Below are positions 28,167-36,262 of a stretch of 64,000 bases of DNA, piece after piece. Each line of letters begins with the position of its first letter. Position 1 is the first letter of the stretch. Both the position numbers and the translations under genes were made by a program. The notes under the pieces were generated by a model. The model saw only the letters and a list, made by a program, of their open reading frames with translations, had not been told where the DNA came from and ran no database searches. This stretch comes from a virus (lineage: Duplodnaviria > Caudoviricetes), in the IMG/VR virus record IMGVR_UViG_3300033182_000484, positions 681-64,680 of that record; one strand, given 5' to 3'.

Positions 28167-28851
28167 CTCGGATCTCCTCGATCGTCTTGCCGCCATAGCC
28201 ATACAGCTCGCGGCGGTCGCTCCAGCTATCGAGCAGGACGCACCGTCCCGCTGTCACGACTTTGATGCCCTTGGCCGAGGCGAACCCCAGCCAATACTCG
28301 GTGCACGCACGTCCCGCCTCTCCGGCGTTCTGGTTCGGGTACGCGTAGTCGCAGCCGAACATCCAGATCTCGGGGCGCTTCTCGTAGACCGCCAGCGCCA
28401 CGGCATAGGCCACCGTGCTGTTGAGGTACGGCAGGGTCACCATGCCCAGCACCTCTTCGAGCGGGAACGCCACCGAGCTGGGGAACCGCTTGTCCGGCAC
28501 CCCGGTGTAGATCGGCACGTCCAGCTCCTGGTAGCGCTTGGCCATCGTCGGATCCGGGGGGACGACGACGTCCTCCTTGGTCTCGTGGTAGCCGGACAGG
28601 GTGCCTGCGGGAATCGTGAACCCGTCGAGGTAGTCGCCGAGCGGATCGATATGGAACGCTCGATCGCAGCGAATCACCGTCGACATCGTGTTGATTGCCC
28701 AGATCTCGTGGTTCGCGATCAGCGGCCTGTTCGCGTCCAGGAGGTTCATGTGCATGTAGCTGACGTGGGAGTTCCCCATCGCGACGATGCACACGGGGCG
28801 AGGTGTGGACGGCACAGCCGCCCCCCGTTTCCGGGGGGCGGCCTTAGCCAT
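28153..28851 (-). CDS. Maf/DUF115- or GT29-like nucleotide-binding-fold protein
   Basis: IVAMGNS, IWAIN, D..F..D, NSTVAYAVALA, IWMFGCDY motifs. Confidence 0.55.
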   Translation of the reverse strand: MAKAAPRKRGAAVPSTPRPVCIVAMGNSHVSYMHMNLLDANRPLIANHEIWAINTMSTVIRCDRAFHIDPLGDYLDGFTIPAGTLSGYHETKEDVVVPPDPTMAKRYQELDVPIYTGVPDKRFPSSVAFPLEEVLGMVTLPYLNSTVAYAVALAVYEKRPEIWMFGCDYAYPNQNAGEAGRACTEYWLGFASAKGIKVVTAGRCVLLDSWSDRRELYGYGGKTIEEIRDAGN

Positions 28852-28870
28852 CTTCCGACCTGGGGTCGGC

Positions 28871-29587
28871 TTACGCTTGGTCGACGCCATACAGCATGTC
28901 CTTGCTGGATGCATCGACGATCATGGTCAGGGTGACATAGGTCGACCCGTCCATGGCCGTCTGCGGGTCGATCGTACCACGGGTGTCGCCCTTGGTCGCG
29001 GTCGCGGTGCCGGTGACACCAACCACGAGGGTTCCGCCCGTGACGGACAGACCGTTTTCGGTGTGCCCGGCGCACTTGCCGAGATCGTCGAGCAGATACG
29101 GCAGGCCGAGGACGTCGGCAGTGCCGATATCGATCGCCGCGCCACCGGTCGTGGTGGCACCGGCGTTCGCGACACCCGACACCGTCAGGAACGCCTTCTT
29201 GCCGGTCACGGTGCCGGTCGGGCCGACAATCGCTTCCGTCACGGCGTGACCGTACTTGTCGGTCCCGCTGATGGTGAAGGTCACGCCCGAGTTGTCCGCC
29301 GTTGCCGTGATGGACACGGCGCGGGGGACGTCGAACGTCGCCACGCTCGTCGAGACCAGGGCCCCGTTGAGCGTGAGAGTTCCCGCCGTCGACGTGGAGT
29401 AGGAGCCGTTGCAGACCCCGTCCGCGTCGAGGGTATCCGGGGCACCGAGCTGCACGACCACCGCCACAGCGGTTTCGTCATGCACCTGGACGCCCTTGTC
29501 GTGGCGACCAGCCGGGTTCCCGGAGTCGAGGATGTTTCGACCGTAGTAGGCGCTGCCGATCTGAAGGCCGTCTGTGAAGTGGGTCAT
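28871..29587 (-). CDS. Virion structural (decoration-like) protein
   Basis: THFTDG N-terminus; PRAVSIT..FTISGTD.YG..E..GKKAF.TVS; follows the capsid gene. Confidence 0.7.
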   Translation of the reverse strand: MTHFTDGLQIGSAYYGRNILDSGNPAGRHDKGVQVHDETAVAVVVQLGAPDTLDADGVCNGSYSTSTAGTLTLNGALVSTSVATFDVPRAVSITATADNSGVTFTISGTDKYGHAVTEAIVGPTGTVTGKKAFLTVSGVANAGATTTGGAAIDIGTADVLGLPYLLDDLGKCAGHTENGLSVTGGTLVVGVTGTATATKGDTRGTIDPQTAMDGSTYVTLTMIVDASSKDMLYGVDQA

Positions 29588-29605
29588 ATCTGACCTCCCT
29601 TGCTA

Positions 29606-29626
29606 GGGGGCGGCTAGGCCGCCCCC
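29606..29626 (-). terminator. Hairpin after the major capsid gene (attenuator or stabiliser)
   Basis: GGGGGCGGC-N3-GCCGCCCCC; lacks a U-tract. Confidence 0.5.
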
Positions 29627-29641
29627 GTTACGGTCTCCGAG

Positions 29642-30556
29642 CTAGACGCCCGCCGTGCCCCACACGCAGCGCGGATCGGTCCATCCGGGGATGTACCGCT
29701 CGGTGCACTTGTAGCGCATGGAGTCGGTTTCGAAGTCGCCTTCCATGGACTTGTCCATCGGGCGGCGCATGGCCAGACGAAGGCCCTTGGGCGCATCGGT
29801 CTGGACCCACCACGCGGTGGACGATGTCAGGCGGGTGAGCGTGGTCGCGCCCTTGCGGAGCAGACCCATCGACCGAACCGGGTTGATGTCGTTGTCCGAA
29901 GTGCCCGGGCGGAGGGCCGTCTTGAGGATGGTTTCCGCCTGGAACATGTTGTCGGGCGAGACGATCAGCTGCTCCGGCACCAACCGGATCTTCAGACCGT
30001 TGTTGTTCACGGCCTTTCGGATCTGGATCAGCATCTGCTCGACCGACGTCTGCGAGAGGTTCGCCGCCGTGGTCAGCTGGTTGCTGAAGGTGCTGTTCTT
30101 GATCGGATGCGCGGTGTTCACCAGGGACACACCGTCGCCGCCGACGTAGGAGCTGTTGAACGCTCGGTTGAGGATGTTCGCGCAGAGCGTTTCCTTGGTC
30201 TCAATCATCGACTGAGACAGGTGCTCCGAGAACGTCCGTCCGATCGAGATGTGGTCGCCGTCCTCGACCAGCACCCGCGTCAGAGCGAATGCGAGGCCGT
30301 AGACACGGTACACGTACCGCGCCAAGAACAGCACGCCACCGGCATCGTAGGTCACCGGAGTGCCGTCAGGCAGCTCGGGTGCCGATCCGAAACCGTACAT
30401 GACCGGCTCTTCATGGTAGTTCCTCGGCGTGCCTCGGAACTGCTTGAACACCGCCTTCCACTCATCCCCCCGCTGGGAGTAGATGCCGTCGAAGGCCTCG
30501 TTCATGATCGGTTCAACGATGGACTTGAACCGAGTCGATGTCATCGGGGTTGCCAT
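29642..30556 (-). CDS. Major capsid protein
   Basis: ETKE..ANILNRAF..GGDGVSL..HP, GDFETD.MRYK..ERY..GW.DPR..GT.G pattern. Confidence 0.88.
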   Translation of the reverse strand: MATPMTSTRFKSIVEPIMNEAFDGIYSQRGDEWKAVFKQFRGTPRNYHEEPVMYGFGSAPELPDGTPVTYDAGGVLFLARYVYRVYGLAFALTRVLVEDGDHISIGRTFSEHLSQSMIETKETLCANILNRAFNSSYVGGDGVSLVNTAHPIKNSTFSNQLTTAANLSQTSVEQMLIQIRKAVNNNGLKIRLVPEQLIVSPDNMFQAETILKTALRPGTSDNDINPVRSMGLLRKGATTLTRLTSSTAWWVQTDAPKGLRLAMRRPMDKSMEGDFETDSMRYKCTERYIPGWTDPRCVWGTAGV

Positions 30557-30571
30557 TGTTCAGTCCTCCCC

Positions 30572-31150
30572 CTAGATGGCCGCGACGTCAGCGGTATAGG
30601 TGTGCTCGCTGATCCGCACGTAAACGCGGGTGTAGGTGTTACCCCACTCCTCGTTCACGTCGTTGGAGAGATCCACGATGCGGAACCCGGCGTTGCCAGC
30701 CGCACCCACGAGGGTGGACGACAACGTGCAGGACGACAGACCGGTGTCCGTCGAGCCGTTCGTGGCGTTCGAGTGGTCAGCCTGATCACCGATGCTCGTG
30801 CGAGCAAGGCTGCCATCACACTCGACCTCGTAGATGATCGACTGGTCGGTGTAGATGTAGCAGTAGATGTCGGTGTTCGACTTGGTGGTGGTCGAGGCGG
30901 GCCAATGCGCGCTCACGACCTGTCGACCAGCGGTGTCGGTGTACTCGCATCCGGCGAAAACGCCGAGGATGCGGTTACCGGCAGTCGCCGGAACGATCAG
31001 GCCTGCGGTGCCCATCTCGATCGGCTGGTTGCAGTAAATGGTCGTACCGTACCCAGACGCGAGACCGCCCTTCATGATCTCGTGCTGGACGGGACGACCC
31101 GATTCGGTCCGCACGGGGCGGAAGCCGAAAGGAGCGGCAGTATCTGCCAT
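30572..31150 (-). CDS. Capsid-associated (cement/decoration) protein
   Basis: APFGFRPV N-terminus, GVF.GCEY.D..G; immediately upstream of the capsid gene. Confidence 0.72.
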   Translation of the reverse strand: MADTAAPFGFRPVRTESGRPVQHEIMKGGLASGYGTTIYCNQPIEMGTAGLIVPATAGNRILGVFAGCEYTDTAGRQVVSAHWPASTTTKSNTDIYCYIYTDQSIIYEVECDGSLARTSIGDQADHSNATNGSTDTGLSSCTLSSTLVGAAGNAGFRIVDLSNDVNEEWGNTYTRVYVRISEHTYTADVAAI

Positions 31151-31161
31151 GATAGGTCTCC

Positions 31162-31824
31162 CTAGGTTTCGAACGTCGGTTTCTTGGGCACTCTGCCCAG
31201 CTCCCGGATCGCCGATCCCACCATGACGTTCGAACCGTGTTCGGAGAGCTGCTCCTCCATCGAGCCGACATCCTGGCGGATGGCTTGTTCGGCATCGATC
31301 GGCTCATTGTGATGCATGTGCATCATGTAAGCCTCGTAGACGTCCTGCGGAATCTTGAACAGGACCATCTCTCGGATCTGCACTCCGTTCGCGAACTGGC
31401 CTTCCTTGATCTTCCCGTACTCGAACTCGGGACCGACTTCGTCGGCGGTGACCAATTGGTAGCCCATCCGCATCCGGTTCTGGATGGAGTCCTGGACGTT
31501 GGTGGTGCTCAACCAACACAGGTGCCATCCGTCAATTTTCGGTGGTTCCGGCAGGATGTCGAAGTTCATCGGGGAGACCAGCGTGCCAGTGTTCTCGTCC
31601 TTGGCTCGCCTGGGATCGTCCCCCCTTCGTTTTCCCGCCTTTCGGGACGACCGGGGGTCGTCAGCTGTACGCTCTCGCCTTGCTGCGCGCCGTCCGGCCT
31701 TCTTGGGCTTTGCGTTGAGGGGTGTCAGGTCCTCGTCGCCGCCGCCAGTAGCGCGCTGTTGCGGGGGGAGGCCGTCGTCATCGTCGAAGACCGCCCCGAT
31801 AGCGTTGGCTTTAGGTTCGCTCAT
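31162..31824 (-). CDS. Conserved head-module protein
   Basis: LP.PP..GWH.CWLSTTN..DSI..RMR.GY..V pattern. Confidence 0.72.
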   Translation of the reverse strand: MSEPKANAIGAVFDDDDGLPPQQRATGGGDEDLTPLNAKPKKAGRRAARRERTADDPRSSRKAGKRRGDDPRRAKDENTGTLVSPMNFDILPEPPKIDGWHLCWLSTTNVQDSIQNRMRMGYQLVTADEVGPEFEYGKIKEGQFANGVQIREMVLFKIPQDVYEAYMMHMHHNEPIDAEQAIRQDVGSMEEQLSEHGSNVMVGSAIRELGRVPKKPTFET

Positions 31825-31838
31825 TTTCCGTCTCCTTG

Positions 31839-32978
31839 TCAACCGGTCGCCCGACCGGCGCTGTCGCGGTAGCGCTGGATCATCTCCTTGCGCTTCTCCT
31901 TGTCGTCCCACATGCCGAGGTTCTGCAGCTCGCGGATGTACTCCCTCGGGATGCCGTTCAGGTCGTCGGAACCGGATCCGGTGCCGCGATCATCGCCGCC
32001 GCCACCGGCGTTCGGAGAGCGCCGACCACGGTTGTTCTTCGGGCGAGCGGCGGGCGGCGGATCGTCGCCCTCCTCGTCGTCCTCCTCGTCGTCATTGACG
32101 TCGATGACGTCGCGCCTGCCCGACTTCGGGAACCGGTCCGGCAGCATCTTGGCTGCCCGCGACCTCAGCTCGACCCAGTATTCCTCCTTGGCCGGATCGA
32201 ATCCGTCGTTGGCCACGGCCCCGTCCAGGGCGTCCAGGATCATGCTGTCCTGGTCCGTGCCGCCGACCGTGTACCAGGACTTGTTCTCCTCCATGAACGC
32301 CTCGGCGTTGCGCCTGACCGCGTCGTCGACCTTCGCCTGCGGCTGGCCGCCGCCCTTGGTCAGGTTCTCCTTGTGCTGCTTCAGCTGACGCTCCTGGTCG
32401 CGGAAGTCCGCCCACTCCTCCTGGGCCTGGGCGGCTGCCTCCAGGTCCCCGTCCTCGCGGGCCTGCTCCTGGCGCTGCAGCGCGATCTGCTTGTTCTGGC
32501 CAGCGGTCTCGATCGCCTGATCCAGGCGCGCCATGTCGGCCTTGCCAGCCCGGTTCTCCAGCTCGTAGAGGCGGGCGTTGGTCTCAGCAATCTGCCGGGC
32601 CTGCTGATCGATCAAGCGGCGGTCGCTTTCGCGTGCCGCAGTACGGCGCTCCTTCTTGCGCTGACGCTCGGCCTTCCGGCGCTCGCGCTTCTCCTCGGGC
32701 GTCTCGTCCTCGCGATCCCTGGAGCGCTTCTTGCCTGGGTCTCGAGACTCACCCTCCTCGCCCTCGACCTCGTCGATGTCGTCGGCGAGCTGGTCGTCGC
32801 TGCGGAGCTGTTGCGGCTCGTCGTCGAACAGGTCCTCGTCATCATCGGCCTCGACCGTGTCGTCGGCGTCGGACGCGCTGACGGTGTCGTCGCCATCCTC
32901 GTTCAGGGGGACCAGATCCTCGTCGTCGCCTGCCGCGAGATCATCGAGCCCGCCCACCATGAATGTTTGTCCGGCCAT
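31839..32978 (-). CDS. Scaffolding protein
   Basis: Acidic N-terminus, long coiled coil, N.WY..D..G.DP..YW.EL; between portal and capsid. Confidence 0.7.
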   Translation of the reverse strand: MAGQTFMVGGLDDLAAGDDEDLVPLNEDGDDTVSASDADDTVEADDDEDLFDDEPQQLRSDDQLADDIDEVEGEEGESRDPGKKRSRDREDETPEEKRERRKAERQRKKERRTAARESDRRLIDQQARQIAETNARLYELENRAGKADMARLDQAIETAGQNKQIALQRQEQAREDGDLEAAAQAQEEWADFRDQERQLKQHKENLTKGGGQPQAKVDDAVRRNAEAFMEENKSWYTVGGTDQDSMILDALDGAVANDGFDPAKEEYWVELRSRAAKMLPDRFPKSGRRDVIDVNDDEEDDEEGDDPPPAARPKNNRGRRSPNAGGGGDDRGTGSGSDDLNGIPREYIRELQNLGMWDDKEKRKEMIQRYRDSAGRATG

Positions 32979-32988
32979 GTCGCGCCTC

Positions 32989-33441
32989 CTATTCGATCAT
33001 GTGGTCGAGCGGGTTCCCGTGAACCTTCCCGATCACGTCGGTGTCCTGGAAGATCACGAACAGCGCTTCCTTGCCGTTCCGCTTGATCTCCCACTTGTCG
33101 CCGCCGTACTGCGGCACGCGGATGTAGTCGCCCTCGGCCACCCAGGCCCCCTCGGCCCAGGGCTCCAGGGTGTTGCGGTCACGGTAGGCGACCGGGCCCA
33201 TGGAAATGATCTTGCCGAGCTGCACTCGCCACTTGTCCAGTTCCTGGGTCTCGTCAGGCTTGATAATGCCCCCGGCGGTCTTCTCCTTCGGCAGCGCGAG
33301 CTGAACCAGCACGCGGTCGCCGAACGGGGTGACGCCAGGGTCGATGTCAGGGAAGTGCTCGGCGAGAATCGCCCCGGCGACCTTGGTCTTGCCGCTCAGG
33401 CGCACGCCCTTGTTCTTCCTAGAAGTTGTCGCGCCGCTCAT
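32989..33441 (-). CDS. groES: GroES-like co-chaperonin
   Basis: PFGDRVLV..EKTAGGII.P..G.I..MGP..GD.I..YGG..D.DV.G. Confidence 0.82.
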   Translation of the reverse strand: MSGATTSRKNKGVRLSGKTKVAGAILAEHFPDIDPGVTPFGDRVLVQLALPKEKTAGGIIKPDETQELDKWRVQLGKIISMGPVAYRDRNTLEPWAEGAWVAEGDYIRVPQYGGDKWEIKRNGKEALFVIFQDTDVIGKVHGNPLDHMIE

Positions 33442-33613
33442 CGTCTTCTCTCTCCAGGTTGTCCATCTGCTCCAGCACCCAATCAAGGCCCTGGCAGAAT
33501 CCGACACGAACGGGCTGCTCGATGCGGTCGTAGGCCTTGTGCAGGCCCTGCTCTCGCTCTCGTAGCTCGTTCTCTACCTGTGATCTGAGAAGATCCAGTA
33601 GGTCTCTGCTCAA
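33419..33613 (-). CDS. Small helical protein between portal and GroES
   Basis: 64 aa, VG..QGL motif, TTG start. Confidence 0.55.
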   Translation of the reverse strand: MSRDLLDLLRSQVENELREREQGLHKAYDRIEQPVRVGFCQGLDWVLEQMDNLEREDDERRDNF

Positions 33614-33615
33614 AC

Positions 33616-36261
33616 TTAGTCTCCGGGCTGTCTGGTGCTAAAGGACGATCCGTCCTTCAAGTTACCGCTGCCCGAGTTGCCTCCCCGGTTCCGCTCTCGC
33701 GAAATGGTCAATGCCGTCTGGTTGTCGTCGTCGTTCATCTCGACAGCCGCGTCGAGTTTCGCGTCTTCGACAGCCTCGCGGCTCTCTCGATCGGCGGCGG
33801 CGTCCGCGCCCGCCTGGGCGACACGCTGCCGTTCGATGTCGATCCGTTCGTCCTCCTGATCGATCTTCGCTTCGTCGATCTCGGCCTGCTGGGCCGCGTT
33901 CTCTGCGTCCGTGGCCGCCTTGCGTTCGCTCTCCTCGCGTTGCAGGGCGATCTTCTCCTGGCGCTCGCGATCCTTGCTCTCGACCTCCTGCAGGGCGGCC
34001 TGCGCCTGCGCCTGCACCAGCTCGGTGCCATCGGACGGGCTGACGGTCTCCAGCAGGTTCATGGCGGCCTCGATCACCGGCAGGACGACCTGCGCCTGCT
34101 CGGCGGCCATGCCGTCGAACTGCTGATGCACCTGGGCCTGCATCGCGGACATCTGGTCGGTGCCCTCGGTGGCCTTGGCCATCACCTCCGGCGGGAACTG
34201 CGTCATCGCGGCCATGGCCTTGGTCATCGTCGCCTCGTACCACATCAGCAGGTGGTCCTTGATGTGCTCGATCATGCCCGGGATCAGCTTGGACGCGAAC
34301 ATCTTGGACGCGCCGAACAGCGGGTTCGCCAGGAACGACAGGTGGACGCGCAGGTGGGCCTCGTGGATCTGGTCCGGGAACGCCTGCTGCATGTCGCCGA
34401 GCGCCAGCGCCACGTTCTCCTTCACCGGATCCGTCGGCTCGGGCTTCGGACGCTTCGGCAGCAGCTCCTCGGGGTTCGGCACCTTCAGGTGCTGCAGGAA
34501 CCGGCGTGCGATAGCCTCGCGGTCCCAGTTCAGATCCGGGAACAGCTCCAGGGCCACGCGGGTGACCTCCTGCAGCACGACGAGGCGCTGGGTTTCGGAG
34601 AAGATGTTCGGATCCGACACCGGCTGGATGTCGGTCGGGCCCTCGTAGTCGGACCGGCGCGCGATATCCAGGCCGGTCTCGCCGTAGGCGCGCTCCTCGT
34701 CCAGGTAGTCGCGGTTCATCCGCGCCAGGATCTTCAGGGTCAGCGCCATCGACCGGTGCATGCGGCCCATGATCGACGACGTCACCTTGGATCCGCTCTC
34801 CAGGAGCGCCATGGCCGTGCCGACCGGCATGTTGTTCCCGGCCTCGGCGATCTTCTCCTCGGACGTCGTCACCACGCCCTTGCCAACATCGGTCAGGAAC
34901 CCGAGCAGCTGGTACAGCACCATGTTCGGCTGCGGGTACGGCAGCGGCATGGCCAGCTTGCGGATGTCGTCGATGCCGGACGAGGCCGACACCTCGACGT
35001 TCTCGGTCGGGTTCACCCGCTCGGTGTCACCGCTGTTGCGGCCACCCTTCATGCGGACCAGACCCGGGAAGTTCGCGATGTGCGCGCTGTTCAGCAGGCT
35101 GCGGAGCGCGCCGGTGAGCGCGCCGGAAATGGATCCGATCAGGTGTGGGAACCCGACGGCGTAGGGGCCCTTCCACGGGATGAAGTTCCAGTCGACCACC
35201 CAGTCGACCTCTTCGATCTCGCCGTACTGCGTGACCGCCTGCTCGTCCCAGTTCCGGTAGATCGCCAGGATCTTCCGCTCCAGGACGTCGACGGCGATGA
35301 TGTACGGCACGTCGCCGACACTCTCGCCGTCTTCGGTCATCGCGAGCGGGTCTTCTCCGTCCAGGTCCTTCCAGACGTACATCTGGTAGATCCGGCGCTC
35401 GCCGTCCTCGTTGTTCCCGCTCGCCTCGACGCCCTGGATCTTGTCCTGGGCCTGCTGGGCATCGGAATCGGTGGGCTCGTTCTGCGGCGCGACGTCCGGG
35501 TCGATCACGTCGGCGTACATGCCGCCACGGATCCGCTCCTTCACGACGGACGCGCTCAGGTCCCAGACAATCGTCCGGCGGCGCGCGGCCTTGAACCCGG
35601 ACGCGGCGTACGGGAGCCACATGCGGTCGACCGGCACGAACTCGCACCTGGGGCCGCCGTTCTCCCAGAAGTGGATCATGTACTGCGACCCGCCCAGGCC
35701 GAGCTGGATCGACATCTGCTCGTGCGCGTCGATGAACCCGGGCGACTGGGTGGTGATCTGGTAGTTGAGGTGCTTGCGCTTGCGGTCCGCCGCCTCGGTG
35801 CGCTCCTCGTTCGCGTCGTCGATCATCTTGACGCGGACAGGGCCGTCCGGCGGGAACAGCTCCTTCATCATCATCGCGCCGAAGTCGACCGCCGCCTCGG
35901 CGATCAGCGGATGGACGACCTCGCTCGCGCCTTCGAACGCCGGACCGCCCGGGGCATCTTTCCCGAGCCCGGTCCGGCGCAGCCCCTCGGCATACTGGTC
36001 ATCGCGCTTCTTGGTGGATTCTTTGTCGCGCTCGGCGTCCTCGATCAGCTTCGCGGCCAGCGCGTCCAGGAACCCTTCGTCCAGGAACCGCACGAGGTTG
36101 ACCCCGAACTCTTCCAGCTCCGGGGCCGGGCCCTCGTCGCCCGCATCCCCCTCGACCTCGAAGATCTCGTCTAGGAGCTGCGCGTCCTCGTCCGACATCT
36201 CCTCGTCGATCGGAACGATGTTGGTCGGGCCGCCGATGTCGAACTCTTGTTCCAGCGCCAT
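33616..36261 (-). CDS. Portal protein
   Basis: FEGAS.VVHPL.AEA..ELFP.DGPV, FIPW.G.Y..G..HLIG, N.PVGT.MAL.E.G; C-terminal coiled-coil barrel. Confidence 0.88.
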   Translation of the reverse strand: MALEQEFDIGGPTNIVPIDEEMSDEDAQLLDEIFEVEGDAGDEGPAPELEEFGVNLVRFLDEGFLDALAAKLIEDAERDKESTKKRDDQYAEGLRRTGLGKDAPGGPAFEGASEVVHPLIAEAAVDFGAMMMKELFPPDGPVRVKMIDDANEERTEAADRKRKHLNYQITTQSPGFIDAHEQMSIQLGLGGSQYMIHFWENGGPRCEFVPVDRMWLPYAASGFKAARRRTIVWDLSASVVKERIRGGMYADVIDPDVAPQNEPTDSDAQQAQDKIQGVEASGNNEDGERRIYQMYVWKDLDGEDPLAMTEDGESVGDVPYIIAVDVLERKILAIYRNWDEQAVTQYGEIEEVDWVVDWNFIPWKGPYAVGFPHLIGSISGALTGALRSLLNSAHIANFPGLVRMKGGRNSGDTERVNPTENVEVSASSGIDDIRKLAMPLPYPQPNMVLYQLLGFLTDVGKGVVTTSEEKIAEAGNNMPVGTAMALLESGSKVTSSIMGRMHRSMALTLKILARMNRDYLDEERAYGETGLDIARRSDYEGPTDIQPVSDPNIFSETQRLVVLQEVTRVALELFPDLNWDREAIARRFLQHLKVPNPEELLPKRPKPEPTDPVKENVALALGDMQQAFPDQIHEAHLRVHLSFLANPLFGASKMFASKLIPGMIEHIKDHLLMWYEATMTKAMAAMTQFPPEVMAKATEGTDQMSAMQAQVHQQFDGMAAEQAQVVLPVIEAAMNLLETVSPSDGTELVQAQAQAALQEVESKDRERQEKIALQREESERKAATDAENAAQQAEIDEAKIDQEDERIDIERQRVAQAGADAAADRESREAVEDAKLDAAVEMNDDDNQTALTISRERNRGGNSGSGNLKDGSSFSTRQPGD

Positions 36262-36262
36262 G

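Noticed and set aside
33940-36174. Long antisense ORFs (also 3686-5218 off-frame, 12303-13772, 48487-50280, 61520-62833)
   Set aside because: Shadow frames of GC-rich genes with strong codon bias; no motifs or RBS
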